A stretch of 64,000 nucleotides of DNA, taken from contig OZ250153.1 of NCBI GenBank assembly GCA_965237805.1, positions 224,001 to 288,000 of the forward strand. Direction: 5' to 3'. Positions 52,501 through 60,828 of the stretch are shown piece by piece. The translations under genes and the position numbers were made by a program. The DNA comes from Gammaproteobacteria bacterium. Its GTDB lineage: Bacteria > Pseudomonadota > Gammaproteobacteria > JABABF01. The stretch's first letter is position 1; each line of letters opens with the position of its first letter. The notes below the pieces were generated by a model. The model made no database searches, was not told where the DNA came from, and was given only the letters and a program-made list of their open reading frames with translations.

Positions 52501-53559
52501 GGGGAGGGCTAAAGCACTATAAAGTGGCGTGACCACCGCACTGCCCACACCCACACGCAGCGTCATTGAACTGATGTGGGTGTCAATGCCATCACCACCA
52601 CCATCGGCGATGGCCAGCGCCCATATCGGTGTCGCGCTACTCGACGCGGTGTCGAACTCGATGCTGGGGCCATAGATCTCGCTCGTGATATCGCTGATCG
52701 TCGCCGCATCGTTGATCGTCGCCACCGCAGCCGTCAGCGTTGAGCTCAATCTCGTGAGCGTAGCAGCTGACACATTGTTGGTATAACTGTCAACAGAGGC
52801 AACCAGCAAGTCTGAGCCATCGCCGTCAGGCACCCTGACCGCATGATAGAGCTTGCGTGCGTAGCTGGGCGCAGACTCCAGATTGACTGCACGCAAGCGC
52901 AGCGTCAACAAATCCGGGTGCCTGCAAAACTTGCACTGCAACATGGAAGTAGCATTTTGCGCTGCCAGAACCAATGTGTGCTGCCACAAACTCACCATAT
53001 CCGTCTCACCACTCGGGGTGATTGTGACCAGCGTCGTCGAGTAGAGCACAAAAGGAAAGATATCCTCAATCGATCCCCCACCGCTGAGCGACACGCTGGC
53101 ATCCGTGCTGAAACTGCGCGCCGTCGTGGACGTCAGGAATACTGTGCCCGCAATGATCGCACCGCCTGCGCCCTCCACCACAAAACCAGCTGCCACACCG
53201 TGCCCACCAGTGCCCGGCACCGAATACCACGACAGCGCCATGCCCCAAGTTGTCACAAGATTTTCGTCACTCGCCCCCAATGCAAAGTCACCAGCATCGG
53301 TGGAGACATGTTGCAGACCGATATCAAGCTCAAAAGCACTGTTGTCCAAGACCGAAAAAGTGCTGTCGGTGGCAGTGGTCACCGAATCTTGGGTCGCCGA
53401 TACCCCCAATAGCAACCTATAAGTGGATGCCTCGGCTGTGCCAGACATCAATCCCAAGCACAATGCCAACGCCAATGCCCGTGTCAGAGCCAGTGAAAAA
53501 ACCGCGGCCTGCGGTGCCAATAAATCGTGGCAGCTGCGCCCTAACTGTTGCAATTTCAT
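46561..53559 (-). CDS. Giant secreted/surface protein, paralog 2 (2332 aa); same architecture as 34520-40177 plus an extra internal module
   Basis: Long stretches near-identical to paralog 1; about 1.4 kb extra at ~49861-51250. Confidence 0.88.
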   Translation of the reverse strand: MKLQQLGRSCHDLLAPQAAVFSLALTRALALALCLGLMSGTAEASTYRLLLGVSATQDSVTTATDSTFSVLDNSAFELDIGLQHVSTDAGDFALGASDENLVTTWGMALSWYSVPGTGGHGVAAGFVVEGAGGAIIAGTVFLTSTTARSFSTDASVSLSGGGSIEDIFPFVLYSTTLVTITPSGETDMVSLWQHTLVLAAQNATSMLQCKFCRHPDLLTLRLRAVNLESAPSYARKLYHAVRVPDGDGSDLLVASVDSYTNNVSAATLTRLSSTLTAAVATINDAATISDITSEIYGPSIEFDTASSSATPIWALAIADGGGDGIDTHISSMTLRVGVGSAVVTPLYSALALPENSQHAVPSLDFNLHRIDAGGTAVGAALATLTADSLSVRRPTQSLVVTLVSPLVIADGGSERLGLFAFPDSLDGLQSRADIVDGSQLMLELRPSEIVQPAGVISSRFSTATNTVGSVTMAVVGTVLRLNSMPTVPSSATIDVTGDGIGTPYAATYRYRDGGVTVAQNILRLTVVSRDSKGQLDLDSDLSSSALNAGFNTGFSGCSGGGGQTRCAVSLQAGTFGYVREISYYSLQDHGTVVASIPSPHVVFENTVNLTLSMDVTGGRLETHDAVSASFGGGAVEPAMLLHDRSYMFEGSYLSFAELQTGPATILPVYDLDDVSATIELAVSGVLGCELDSSCSAPVAGAVTLTAPANTVQIDGIDVPLIEFSLAITLPTLPMGLLDTPLTLAIMSTATGGIALTVPTPTSFTVLGVVPTTVSLIDIGQATLSNVLGSTEQRVMALSFAEGAGDSMGVAISSVLLSLLAEDSGIAPIVAGIDSALTRGVVPALTLNLYAADAAGNATGAVLAATVTALARVSSGEQMIRLTLGTPLSIAEGGTAQLLLTAAVANHSALLSSDAVDAGQLRLRVSPATAGVFGSGAFSGGTLENRLSMEVIGTTVAIDSVSVGSAPSVTGSTAAGFAVQTDFRAGSGAASTANVVVLNLRSRDASGQLDLNADLSAQALVVSGDTDVEHQEEILSSGHVRNLYFSPIDGRQRVFTTAENQVTVTMNVSADSLETLAAVTARNSSTGIAVAGSSLIHDASYSFSGTYHAFLNVDLSGTSPAFNDSTAKVYDRDPSGLSLTVTPQLSCTSDGGGCTPLSPLSATTTAMVTVAAAAERGVISFTAPSSGGFAFAQLPSGLLSSTLSLTIALQSGSAYSSIPAPSEFTLSADLVPPTICDGDLDSVANACLSVDSAELRAYSATLLFSELASDRAQLSEAATPINTAASYWLAFHTGTTCAIASITAMSSQLSLSATGGSGQLNALSQGTAYCVFLAVRDAGGSTVYSAPVMLNTAAFSLTDADNDGLSDDLEYDFMPVGGLTVCPDAACDTDGDGLSDSLEAYLNSDLSNTTGASAATDADSDGLPDVVELYYGRRDELSSAATVLPRQNARGVLTDFASFTNSSGTASLSLPLDSVVHISAGVYQGGVLPAADSHNYVSGTHWLSSGSAASDAVIRRLELRPVLSVGGDLSVIAGGSGSMRLQLLGAQPDGDGAVALSLSSSGLALMASSLSLSGAVEQAVGYTVSTSTLTVMATVQLDNASLDLVSLCSFSASCSSSTTYSIVYQPALRAVAAYAPVIQLRQSGSSALLQSIADPAAGVEFSVSGSVVNSTRTWTLSVLGSSTPATPSVALAGTYSVAGSVFGSNAAVYRIGAESTGESLQRVFSVGQLDSDGDLIPDTLEVPGLVLVNSALPYGDSAGTANAHFMLVAPGIILRLGDIAAQRPVANSPRVPLSEFAALGIAPLPVSVVDNLVLDVSFSCGDSAACFSAGDLLDFVFSVDGAISTDKLYHYSSTCPSAATASWCEVDTSQRTITIDSGPGMSSATVIVANTVTFSPYLSVAGTSGRACPAPGDAAYLPLLSLVAGALSNGGCVHVSATSDSLSPLALQATSGSEVVVFHGGGGTVGLPWLALLALMMLLSLGRSGQWHRRGVAMAGAALLSLCLSLPATAAALDFGISGAVGQSFLKPSLQSSTFRLDDQEDFAYRVGVDYALPFKLPLFVITLEDLWLEGFWADLGESRVCNATACGGVEQTAAGAGVNWFPYGRDRRWSPYASLGWRSGDAKSRQWRVAVKNDDGLYWGLGMELDLAGNPARGLALKIFYEDYDLGTAFAGAGLSYRFNGAAEDAAPSRRPQASARRREELPRRPERTRPEPTSQRPSYISALSSPCTRPGASVCACLDTVRGHQGWYVQVAAYANVLAAERTAQKLLAQGFGAVRVGIGAVDRDNGSVLYAVRLALDSPAACGRAAVIKRDVDELLNVESVVRAWFDYPW

Positions 53560-53747
53560 GGGATGTCTCCAGTGGGTTTTGATGTGTATTGGCTTTGAAT
53601 ATCAACGATGCAACTAGCGCATATGTTCGCACTGCAACACATTGGATTGCTGACAGCCATATGAAATCATAACATCCCAGCCGCTGGCTGTCCATCTCGG
53701 CTTGCCGCGACACCATGATCGCCAGCGCCAGACAGCTGCTCGATTAA

Positions 53748-53785
53748 GCGCCTGATGCCCCCCGCAGACAGAGGGGCATCAGCGC
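53748..53785. terminator. GC-rich stem-loop between the partner gene and giant paralog 2
   Basis: CTGATGCCCC...GGGGCATCAG inverted repeat; no clear U-tract. Confidence 0.4.
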
Positions 53786-53786
53786 A

Positions 53787-54700
53787 TCAATAGATCGCTT
53801 CCAAATACGGGGTGTAGCTGCTACGCGTGGATAGCTGTACCACTGCGGCCACAAAGCGTTCCGCCACCACATCGATTTCCGGGCCAACGATGCTCGCCGC
53901 CTCAAGGGACAGGGCAGCTACCGACACCATCAGGGTTGAAGCTGCTGTGGTCGCTCTGCGGCCAGTAGCGCAGCGACAGTGTGGCGATGTGATTGGCACT
54001 CGAAGTGCTGGACAGCAGCGGTGCCACCACGCGCCCGAGATCAGTATTGATCGTCAGCAGATCCCCCAGATCGCTGAAGTCGACATCGCTGTCCACAACG
54101 CCCGCGTCATTCTCGCCCTGCAGCGTATCAGTCAATGCTGCGCCGCCGTCCGCGCTGCGTGCCACCACCGTGGTCGAGGAGAAGTTTGCCCGCAAGGCTA
54201 GGCGCGTGGCCACCACATCCACACTGAGCTCCAGACTGCCAGAGCGCGAGCCGTCCATCACTGTCAGCAGCACTGACTCACCGTCGCTGAGCCCGCTCAG
54301 GCTCAGCGTGATCGTGTTTGCTGTCCGTGCGGCGAGCTCGTTGAGCGTCCCCACCGAGGACAGCACGGTCGCCGAGGCAGGCAGGACATAGTTGCTATCC
54401 AGCTCGCCAATATTGGTCTCGCCCGGCACCGTCAACACGAAGCTCTCGCCCGCCACCACCGTGCTCTTCAGCGAAAAGCTGCTGTTCTCGGCCACTTGGT
54501 AGCTGGCAGTGGTGCCGCTGGGCAGGCATTGGAAGTCTGGCCAATGAGCCCTCCGCTCCCTCGAAGGACAGCGTATCCGCATAGGGCAGCACCACGCCTT
54601 GATAGGCCGCGGTCGTCGTGGCATCGGCGATGGGCGATGCCGCCAGTGCGACGGCTGTGGCCAACGCTGTCAACAAGCCACCGAAAAGCGAGCCCCGCAC
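53787..54700 (-). pseudogene. Frameshifted secreted Ig-like protein related to 40368-41627
   Basis: Signal peptide in the 54395-54700 frame; SNYVLP..VGTL..LSLSGLSDG..LTVMDGSRSG in the 53902-54624 frame matches SGYVLP..MGTL..LQLEGLSDG..LTVSDGTLSG of the partner at 40.8-41.0 kb; tail in a third frame. Confidence 0.65.
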
Positions 54701-55081
54701 AGGTCATTGCAAGGGCGCACCCGATGTGGCGAGCGCAGACTGCCCGGAGCGACATCGCCATCGTCCAGGGTTCCGGATTGTCACCGGGGCTGATCAATTT
54801 GCTGCGTTTATGTGATGGCGGGTGTCGCTACAAAACATCGTGTGGATGATCGCCATCGCCAGGATCGCTCCGCGACAACTAGGATGGTCAATGTTGCACC
54901 AAGTCCGAACCCGGCAAAAAGCCGAGTAAAAACCCAAATGAATGTCAGCATGATCAACGGCCAACTGCCACTATTTGGGAAAAATCCACACGCAAGGCAA
55001 CCGGTCTAGCGCCACTCCAGCTCGAGTGGCTAAATTGGCGCGAAAACACGCTGCTGGGATGCTCCCGCCCAGCCGCAAGGC

Positions 55082-55600
55082 TCAACCGACCCGTTGGCGC
55101 TCGCGAATTTCGGCCTCAGATTTGCAGTCGATGCAGAGAGTGGCCGTGAGGCGAGCCTCCAGCCGCTCCAAGCCGATCTCCTCACCGCAATCGGTGCAAT
55201 AGCCGTATGCACCGCGCTCCAACAACTCTAATGACAACTCGATTTTGCGGTTCAATTTGCGCTCGCGGTCGCGCGCACGCAACTCGACGCTCAGCTCTTC
55301 CTCGCGAGTCGCTCGATCGGCATCGTCGGGACAGTTGCGGGTCTCGTGCTGAATGCGACGCATGGTGGTCGCGGCTTGGTCATCCAAACGATCACTCCAT
55401 GCCAACAGGGCATTGCGGAAATAGCGGCGCTGTGGTGCGCCCATATATCTGCCCGCAGGCGGAGTGCGGGCAATGGACGGCTGCCGCACCGCCTTGACCT
55501 TGGCGGCTTTGACGCTGGTAGTGCTGGCGACGCGCGCATTGCCGGATGCTTTTGTTGTACCCGTCACCTTCGCTGTTACCTTGGCCGCTATCTTCGACAT
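55082..55600 (-). CDS. dksA: RNA polymerase-binding transcription factor DksA
   Basis: PDDADRA..EE..ELRARDRERKL, CTDC...ERLEAR.TATLCIDCK; start MSKIAAK or later. Confidence 0.95.
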   Translation of the reverse strand: MSKIAAKVTAKVTGTTKASGNARVASTTSVKAAKVKAVRQPSIARTPPAGRYMGAPQRRYFRNALLAWSDRLDDQAATTMRRIQHETRNCPDDADRATREEELSVELRARDRERKLNRKIELSLELLERGAYGYCTDCGEEIGLERLEARLTATLCIDCKSEAEIRERQRVG

Positions 55601-55647
55601 TTGCCACCACGCACCGAGGCGCGCCGCCGTTTTGCTGAGGAGGGGAA

Positions 55648-56004
55648 TTATCGCCATATCGCCGTGCAAGTCAATGCGCCGCCGCTGGCGGCGTGGTCCA
55701 CAGTAGCTCGTCGCGCCGAGTGCAGAGCCACGACTGGAGTCCCCAGCGCAGGGGCCGAAGACGCAGTGGCCGTCGTCGATGCGAAAGCGAGCCCATCGTG
55801 CCCCTTGCACTGCAGGAAAGCGCCAGCAGCATCGAGCAAGCCGTCTGGCACCCAGTTCAGCGGGCCGCCGGTATGGCGGCAACGATTCAGATCGAGATGA
55901 AGCGCCCCGTCACCGCGCACAGCGAGCAACCGCTCAGCAGCCAAGCCGCGCGCCGAGCGCAAGGGCAGCGCATCGAGACGACACAGGGCAAACTCGACGG
56001 GCAT
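55648..56004 (-). pseudogene. Rieske (2Fe-2S) ferredoxin with an apparent frameshift near 55795
   Basis: NRCRH..PLNW and QCKGH in one frame; the continuation ARFRIDDGHCVFGPCAG is in another. Confidence 0.7.
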
Positions 56005-56013
56005 GGCACCGGA

Positions 56014-58002
56014 TCAGAGCAACGGCGCAATGACTAGGCTGACGATGGCCATCACATTGATCAGGATATTCATTGAGGGGCCGCAGGTGTCCTTGAAGGG
56101 ATCGCCCACCGTATCGCCGACGACGGCGGCTGTGTGGGCATCGGAACCCTTACCGCCGAGATTGCCTTTCTCGATGAACTTCTTGGCATTATCCCAAGCG
56201 CCACCAGCGTTGGCCATCATCAGCGCCAACAGCACACAGGTCAACAATGCGCCGCCCAGCATACCGCCCAGCGCCTCGGCGCCGAGGCCGAAGCCGACCA
56301 GCGGCGGCGCGATGATGGCAATGGCGCCGGGAAGCAACATGCGCTGCAGAGCCGCCGTGGTGGCGATGTCCACGCAGCGATCGGTGTCCGGCTCGGCCTC
56401 GCCCTCAAGCAGGCCTTTGATCTCCCTGAACTGGCGGCGGATCTCGTGGATCATCTCAAAGGCAGCGTCGCCGACTGCCGTCAGCGTGATCGATGTAATC
56501 AAGCAGGGAATGGCGCCGCCGATGAACAGGCCGAGCAAGACCAAGGGATCGGATAGCGACAGCACGAAGTGCTGATAAGGCACTGTCTCGGCGAAAGCGG
56601 CGATGATCGCCAGCGCTGCCAGCGCCGCCGCACCGATGGCAAAGCCTTTGCCGATGGCGGCAGTGGTGTTGCCGAGTTCGTCCAAAGAATCAGTAATCTC
56701 GCGGACATCTTCACCCATAGCAGCCATTTCGGCGATGCCGCCAGCATTGTCGGCCACCGGACCATAGGCGTCGATGGCCATCGTGATACCGACCGTGGAC
56801 AGCATGCCGACGGCGGCGATACCAACACCGTAGAGGTCGGCCTGACGGGTGGCGACATAAATGATGACGCAGATCATCAACACTGGCAGCACCACCGATT
56901 GCATGCCCACGGCCAAGCCGGAAATCATCACCGTCGCCGGCCCGGTTTCGCCCGCTTGGGCGATTTTTTGCACCGGCGCGCCACCGGTGTAGTACTCCGT
57001 CACCAAGCCGATCACCATGCCACCCAATGAGCCCACCAAGACCGCCACCCACAGATCGGCGAAGAGCCCCAGCGTCCATAGCAAAACCCCAGCGACGACA
57101 ATGAAGAGTATGGGGGCGCCGAGGGTGCCGATACGCATCGCCTTGGCAGGCTGGGTGTGGGCCCATCGACGCACCAAGGCAATGCCGACTAGCGAACACA
57201 GCAAGCCCCCCGCAGCCAACAGCAGCGGCACCAACATCAGCGCTGCCTGTCGCTCATCGCCGTACAGGGTCGAGGCAATGGCCAGCGTGGCGATCATCGC
57301 ACCGCAGTAGGATTCGAAAATGTCCGAACCCATGCCCGCCACATCGCCGACATTGTCGCCAACATTGTCGGCGATGACACCGGGGTTGCGCGGATCATCT
57401 TCGGGGATGCCAGCCTCAATTTTGCCCACCAAATCGGCAGCAATATCGGCGCTCTTGGTGAAAATACCGCCGCCGACACGCGCAAATAACGCCACGGTGG
57501 AAGCCCCCATACCAAAGCCGTGAATGGCGTGGGCAGTGGCCGGATCACCACCGAACAGCAGATAGAGGATGCCGAGGCCGATCAGCCCCAAAGAGGCCAC
57601 GCACAAGCCCATGACGGAACCGCCGAAAAAAGCCACGGACAGTGCCTCCGGGGCACCGTGCTCGCGGGCGGCAACGGCGGTTCGCACATTGGCGCGGGTG
57701 GCCGCCATCATACCGAGCCAGCCAGCAGCGGCCGAGCACAGCGCACCGACCACAAAAGCCAGAGCCGTGCCAAAGCCCAGTGGCGAGATCAATATCAAGA
57801 ACAGCAGGACAGCTGAGAAAATCGCCAGCAGCTTGTATTCACGCCGCATAAAAACCATCGCGCCGCTGTGGATGCGCTCGCCGATTTTGCGCTCCAAATC
57901 TTGGCCTTCAGGATAGCGGAGAATGAGCTGATACAGCCACCAAGCACAGCCCAAACCAACCAGACCCAGCAACAATGGAATATAACTCAGGGGGTGCAAC
58001 AT
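56014..58002 (-). CDS. hppA: Membrane-bound cation-translocating pyrophosphatase, K+-dependent type
   Basis: [33 protein letters not shown] (Ala marks K+ dependence), [10 protein letters not shown]. Confidence 0.96.
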   Translation of the reverse strand: MLHPLSYIPLLLGLVGLGCAWWLYQLILRYPEGQDLERKIGERIHSGAMVFMRREYKLLAIFSAVLLFLILISPLGFGTALAFVVGALCSAAAGWLGMMAATRANVRTAVAAREHGAPEALSVAFFGGSVMGLCVASLGLIGLGILYLLFGGDPATAHAIHGFGMGASTVALFARVGGGIFTKSADIAADLVGKIEAGIPEDDPRNPGVIADNVGDNVGDVAGMGSDIFESYCGAMIATLAIASTLYGDERQAALMLVPLLLAAGGLLCSLVGIALVRRWAHTQPAKAMRIGTLGAPILFIVVAGVLLWTLGLFADLWVAVLVGSLGGMVIGLVTEYYTGGAPVQKIAQAGETGPATVMISGLAVGMQSVVLPVLMICVIIYVATRQADLYGVGIAAVGMLSTVGITMAIDAYGPVADNAGGIAEMAAMGEDVREITDSLDELGNTTAAIGKGFAIGAAALAALAIIAAFAETVPYQHFVLSLSDPLVLLGLFIGGAIPCLITSITLTAVGDAAFEMIHEIRRQFREIKGLLEGEAEPDTDRCVDIATTAALQRMLLPGAIAIIAPPLVGFGLGAEALGGMLGGALLTCVLLALMMANAGGAWDNAKKFIEKGNLGGKGSDAHTAAVVGDTVGDPFKDTCGPSMNILINVMAIVSLVIAPLL

Positions 58003-58102
58003 CGCAATTTTCTCCTGCTTTTTTCTGTCAAGAACGCATTATTTTAGCCCGCTGCAGATGTTGCAGTCAAAAGTACTCGCAGCAACGGCGGCGACTGTCG
58101 CT

Positions 58103-59359
58103 CTAAGCGACCCACGGCGGCAGTTTGCGGCGCACGCGGCGCAGCCGCAGCTCAGCGTGCAACGGCAGACCGTGACGGAACGGGGACAAGGCCTCACCTT
58201 GGATCAGCGGTGCCAAGTAGCTGCGCGCACGGGCAGTGATGCCGAAACCGTCGTTGCGTATGTAGGAACGCGGCAGCTGGCGCTCGGTATTGGCCACCGA
58301 GGACAGCGGCACCGCAGCCACCTCCCAGCGGTAGACTCGCCCCGGCAGGCGGCGGATAACCGGCATCGCCAAGTGCTGTCCGGCAAGGGCGAAGTTCACT
58401 GCCGCACGGCCCATCTCGGCGGCCTGCTCCAAATCCACTGCCGAGGCCAAGTGGCGCGCCGAGCGCTGCAGGTAGTCGGCCACTGCAAAGTGGCATTTGA
58501 AGCCCAGCTGCGAGTTGACCAGCTGCGCCAAGCGCGGCGCGACCCCGCCCAACTGGCTGTGGCCAAAGGCGTCACGTGTGCGGGCGGCGCTGAACAGACT
58601 GCCGTCAGCGTTGCGCAGGCCCTCTGAGGCGACGATCACGCAGTGGCCGCGACGCGCCACCGAATCGCCAACTGCGGCGAGGAAGCGCTCCGGCGCAAAT
58701 GGTCGCTCAGGGAATAGGATCAGCTGCGGCGCGTCGCCGCGTCGCTTGGCGGCGAGGCCGCCAGCCGCCGCAATCCAGCCGCTGTGACGACCCATCACCT
58801 CAAGTAAGAAGACCTGAGTCGATGTGGCGCACATCGAGGCCACATCCAGCGCCGCCTCGCGCACCGACACAGCAACATATTTGGCCACCGAGCCAAAGCC
58901 GGGACAGCTATCGGTGCCCGGCAAGTCGTTGTCGATGGTCTTGGGGATGCCGATGCAACACAGTGGATAGCCGATGCGGTCGAAATGACAGGCAACTTTC
59001 TCAGTGGTGTCCTGAGAGTCGCCGCCACCGTTGTAGAAAAAATAACCGATGTTGTGGGCTGCGAATACCTCCGCCAAGCGCTCGTAGACTGCTGCGCCGG
59101 ACACGGGCGCAGGCAGCTGGTAACGGCAGGAGCCAAAAGCTCCCCCCGGTGTGTGGTGCAGCGCCGCGATGGCACTGCGGCTCTCTGCACTGGTGTCGAA
59201 TAGCTCTTCGCGCAGGGCACCGAGAATGCCATTGTGGCCAGCGTAGACCCGGCCGATGCGCCGCGTCTTGCGGGCGGCTTCGATCAAGGCAGCGGCAGTG
59301 GCATTGATGACCGCCGTGACGCCGCCGGACTGGGCGTAGAAAGCATTGCGGGCAGACAC
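58103..59359 (-). CDS. pfp: 6-phosphofructokinase, probably pyrophosphate-dependent
   Basis: YAQSGGVTAVIN, FGSCRY, YNGGGDS, PKTIDND, EVMGR; adjacent to hppA. Confidence 0.88.
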   Translation of the reverse strand: MSARNAFYAQSGGVTAVINATAAALIEAARKTRRIGRVYAGHNGILGALREELFDTSAESRSAIAALHHTPGGAFGSCRYQLPAPVSGAAVYERLAEVFAAHNIGYFFYNGGGDSQDTTEKVACHFDRIGYPLCCIGIPKTIDNDLPGTDSCPGFGSVAKYVAVSVREAALDVASMCATSTQVFLLEVMGRHSGWIAAAGGLAAKRRGDAPQLILFPERPFAPERFLAAVGDSVARRGHCVIVASEGLRNADGSLFSAARTRDAFGHSQLGGVAPRLAQLVNSQLGFKCHFAVADYLQRSARHLASAVDLEQAAEMGRAAVNFALAGQHLAMPVIRRLPGRVYRWEVAAVPLSSVANTERQLPRSYIRNDGFGITARARSYLAPLIQGEALSPFRHGLPLHAELRLRRVRRKLPPWVA

Positions 59360-59433
59360 GATGGCGAGTGCTCTTTGACGGCGCAAGCGGTGTGCATTAT
59401 AAAGGGCGGCCATAGACCACTTGGCAAGTTGCC

Positions 59434-60819
59434 ATGCGGATCCACATCTTGGGCGTCTGCGGCACTTTTATGGCTGGCATCGCCCTGCTCGCCCGTGAGG
59501 CCCAACACGAGGTCAGCGGCTCGGACCTACACTTCCACCCACCGATGGGCGAGCTGTTGCGCGAGGCCGATGTGAGATTGCATGAGGGCTACGACACCGC
59601 CGCGCTGCGCCCGGCACCCGATTTGGTGCTGATCGGCAATGCCCTCTCGCGCGGCAATCCGGCGGTGGAATACACCTTGGCTCAAGGCATCGCCTACTGT
59701 TCCGGGGCAGAATACTTGGCGCGCGAGCACTTGGCCGGACGCTGGGTCATCGCCATCGCCGGCACGCACGGCAAGACCAGCACCGCTGCCATGCTGAGCC
59801 AAATGCTGGATCGCGCAGGGCTGTCTCCGGGTTTTTTGATCGGCGGCCTGCCACTGGGCTTCGGGGTCTCGGCACGGCACGGCCAAGGGCCGTTCTTCGT
59901 CGTCGAGGCCGACGAATACGACACCGCTTTCTTCGACAAGCGTCCCAAATTTATCCACTACCGACCGCTGAGCCTGATCCTCAATAACCTCGAGCACGAT
60001 CATGCCGACATCTACCCAGATCTAGACGCAATCGAGTTGCAATTCCACTACTTGGTGCGCACCGTGCCACCCACTGGACGCATCTTCACACCGAGCGGCG
60101 ACAGCGCCTTGGAACGTGTCATGGCACGCGGTTGTTGGAGTGAGCACGAGCACTTTGCGCCACCCGGCCATCGCGATGCCGAGGCCCGGTGGCGAGCCGA
60201 TGGCTTGGTGCCAGACTATTCGCGCTTTTTGTTGACGCCACCAAAGGCACTGGGCTCAGCGGTGGATATCAGCTGGCCGCTGTGCGGCCAATACAATGTG
60301 CACAATGCGCTGGCGGCCGCAACCGCGGCGGCGGCAGCCGGAGTGGCGCTGGACGATATCGTCGCCACCCTCGGCAGCTGGCCCGGGGTGCGTCGCAGAA
60401 TGGAGTGTATCGGCGATGTGCGCGGTGTTTTGATCTACGACGATTTCGCCCACCATCCGACGGCAATGCGCAGTGCCACCGAGGCACTCAGCAGCCGCTT
60501 GGCTGGCAAGGGTCGCTTGCTGGCCGCCATCGACCCCGTCTCGGCTTCGATGCGCCGAGGCGTACACCGCGAGCAATTGGCCGAGGCACTGGCCGCCGCC
60601 GATCATGTCTGGTGGCACCAAGCGGCGACGCTGGAATGGGAGCTGGCCGCATCGATAGATAGCACAAAGACGAGCGTGTGCCGCAATATCGACGAGATTG
60701 TCGACGGCATTTGTGCCGTGGCACAACCGGGGGACAGTGTGCTGATGATGAGTTGCGGGACTTTCGGGGCGCTGGGATCGCGCCTGTTGCACGCCTTGGG
60801 CAAAGTTTCCGGGCACTGA
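59434..60819 (+). CDS. mpl: Murein peptide ligase (UDP-MurNAc:L-Ala-gamma-D-Glu-mDAP ligase)
   Basis: MRIHILGVCGTFMAG, GTHGKTST, EADEYDTAFFDKR.KF.HY, DDFAHHPTA. Confidence 0.96.
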   Translation: MRIHILGVCGTFMAGIALLAREAQHEVSGSDLHFHPPMGELLREADVRLHEGYDTAALRPAPDLVLIGNALSRGNPAVEYTLAQGIAYCSGAEYLAREHLAGRWVIAIAGTHGKTSTAAMLSQMLDRAGLSPGFLIGGLPLGFGVSARHGQGPFFVVEADEYDTAFFDKRPKFIHYRPLSLILNNLEHDHADIYPDLDAIELQFHYLVRTVPPTGRIFTPSGDSALERVMARGCWSEHEHFAPPGHRDAEARWRADGLVPDYSRFLLTPPKALGSAVDISWPLCGQYNVHNALAAATAAAAAGVALDDIVATLGSWPGVRRRMECIGDVRGVLIYDDFAHHPTAMRSATEALSSRLAGKGRLLAAIDPVSASMRRGVHREQLAEALAAADHVWWHQAATLEWELAASIDSTKTSVCRNIDEIVDGICAVAQPGDSVLMMSCGTFGALGSRLLHALGKVSGH

Positions 60820-60828
60820 ACGGAACCG

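Noticed and set aside
34520-53559. Diversity-generating retroelement (template/variable repeat pair)
   Set aside because: Both copies are full genes, differences include indels and all four bases rather than adenine-only changes, and no reverse transcriptase is in the window.
54800-55081. tRNA or known ncRNA in the intergenic region
   Set aside because: Only small hairpins; no cloverleaf or T-loop motif recognised.
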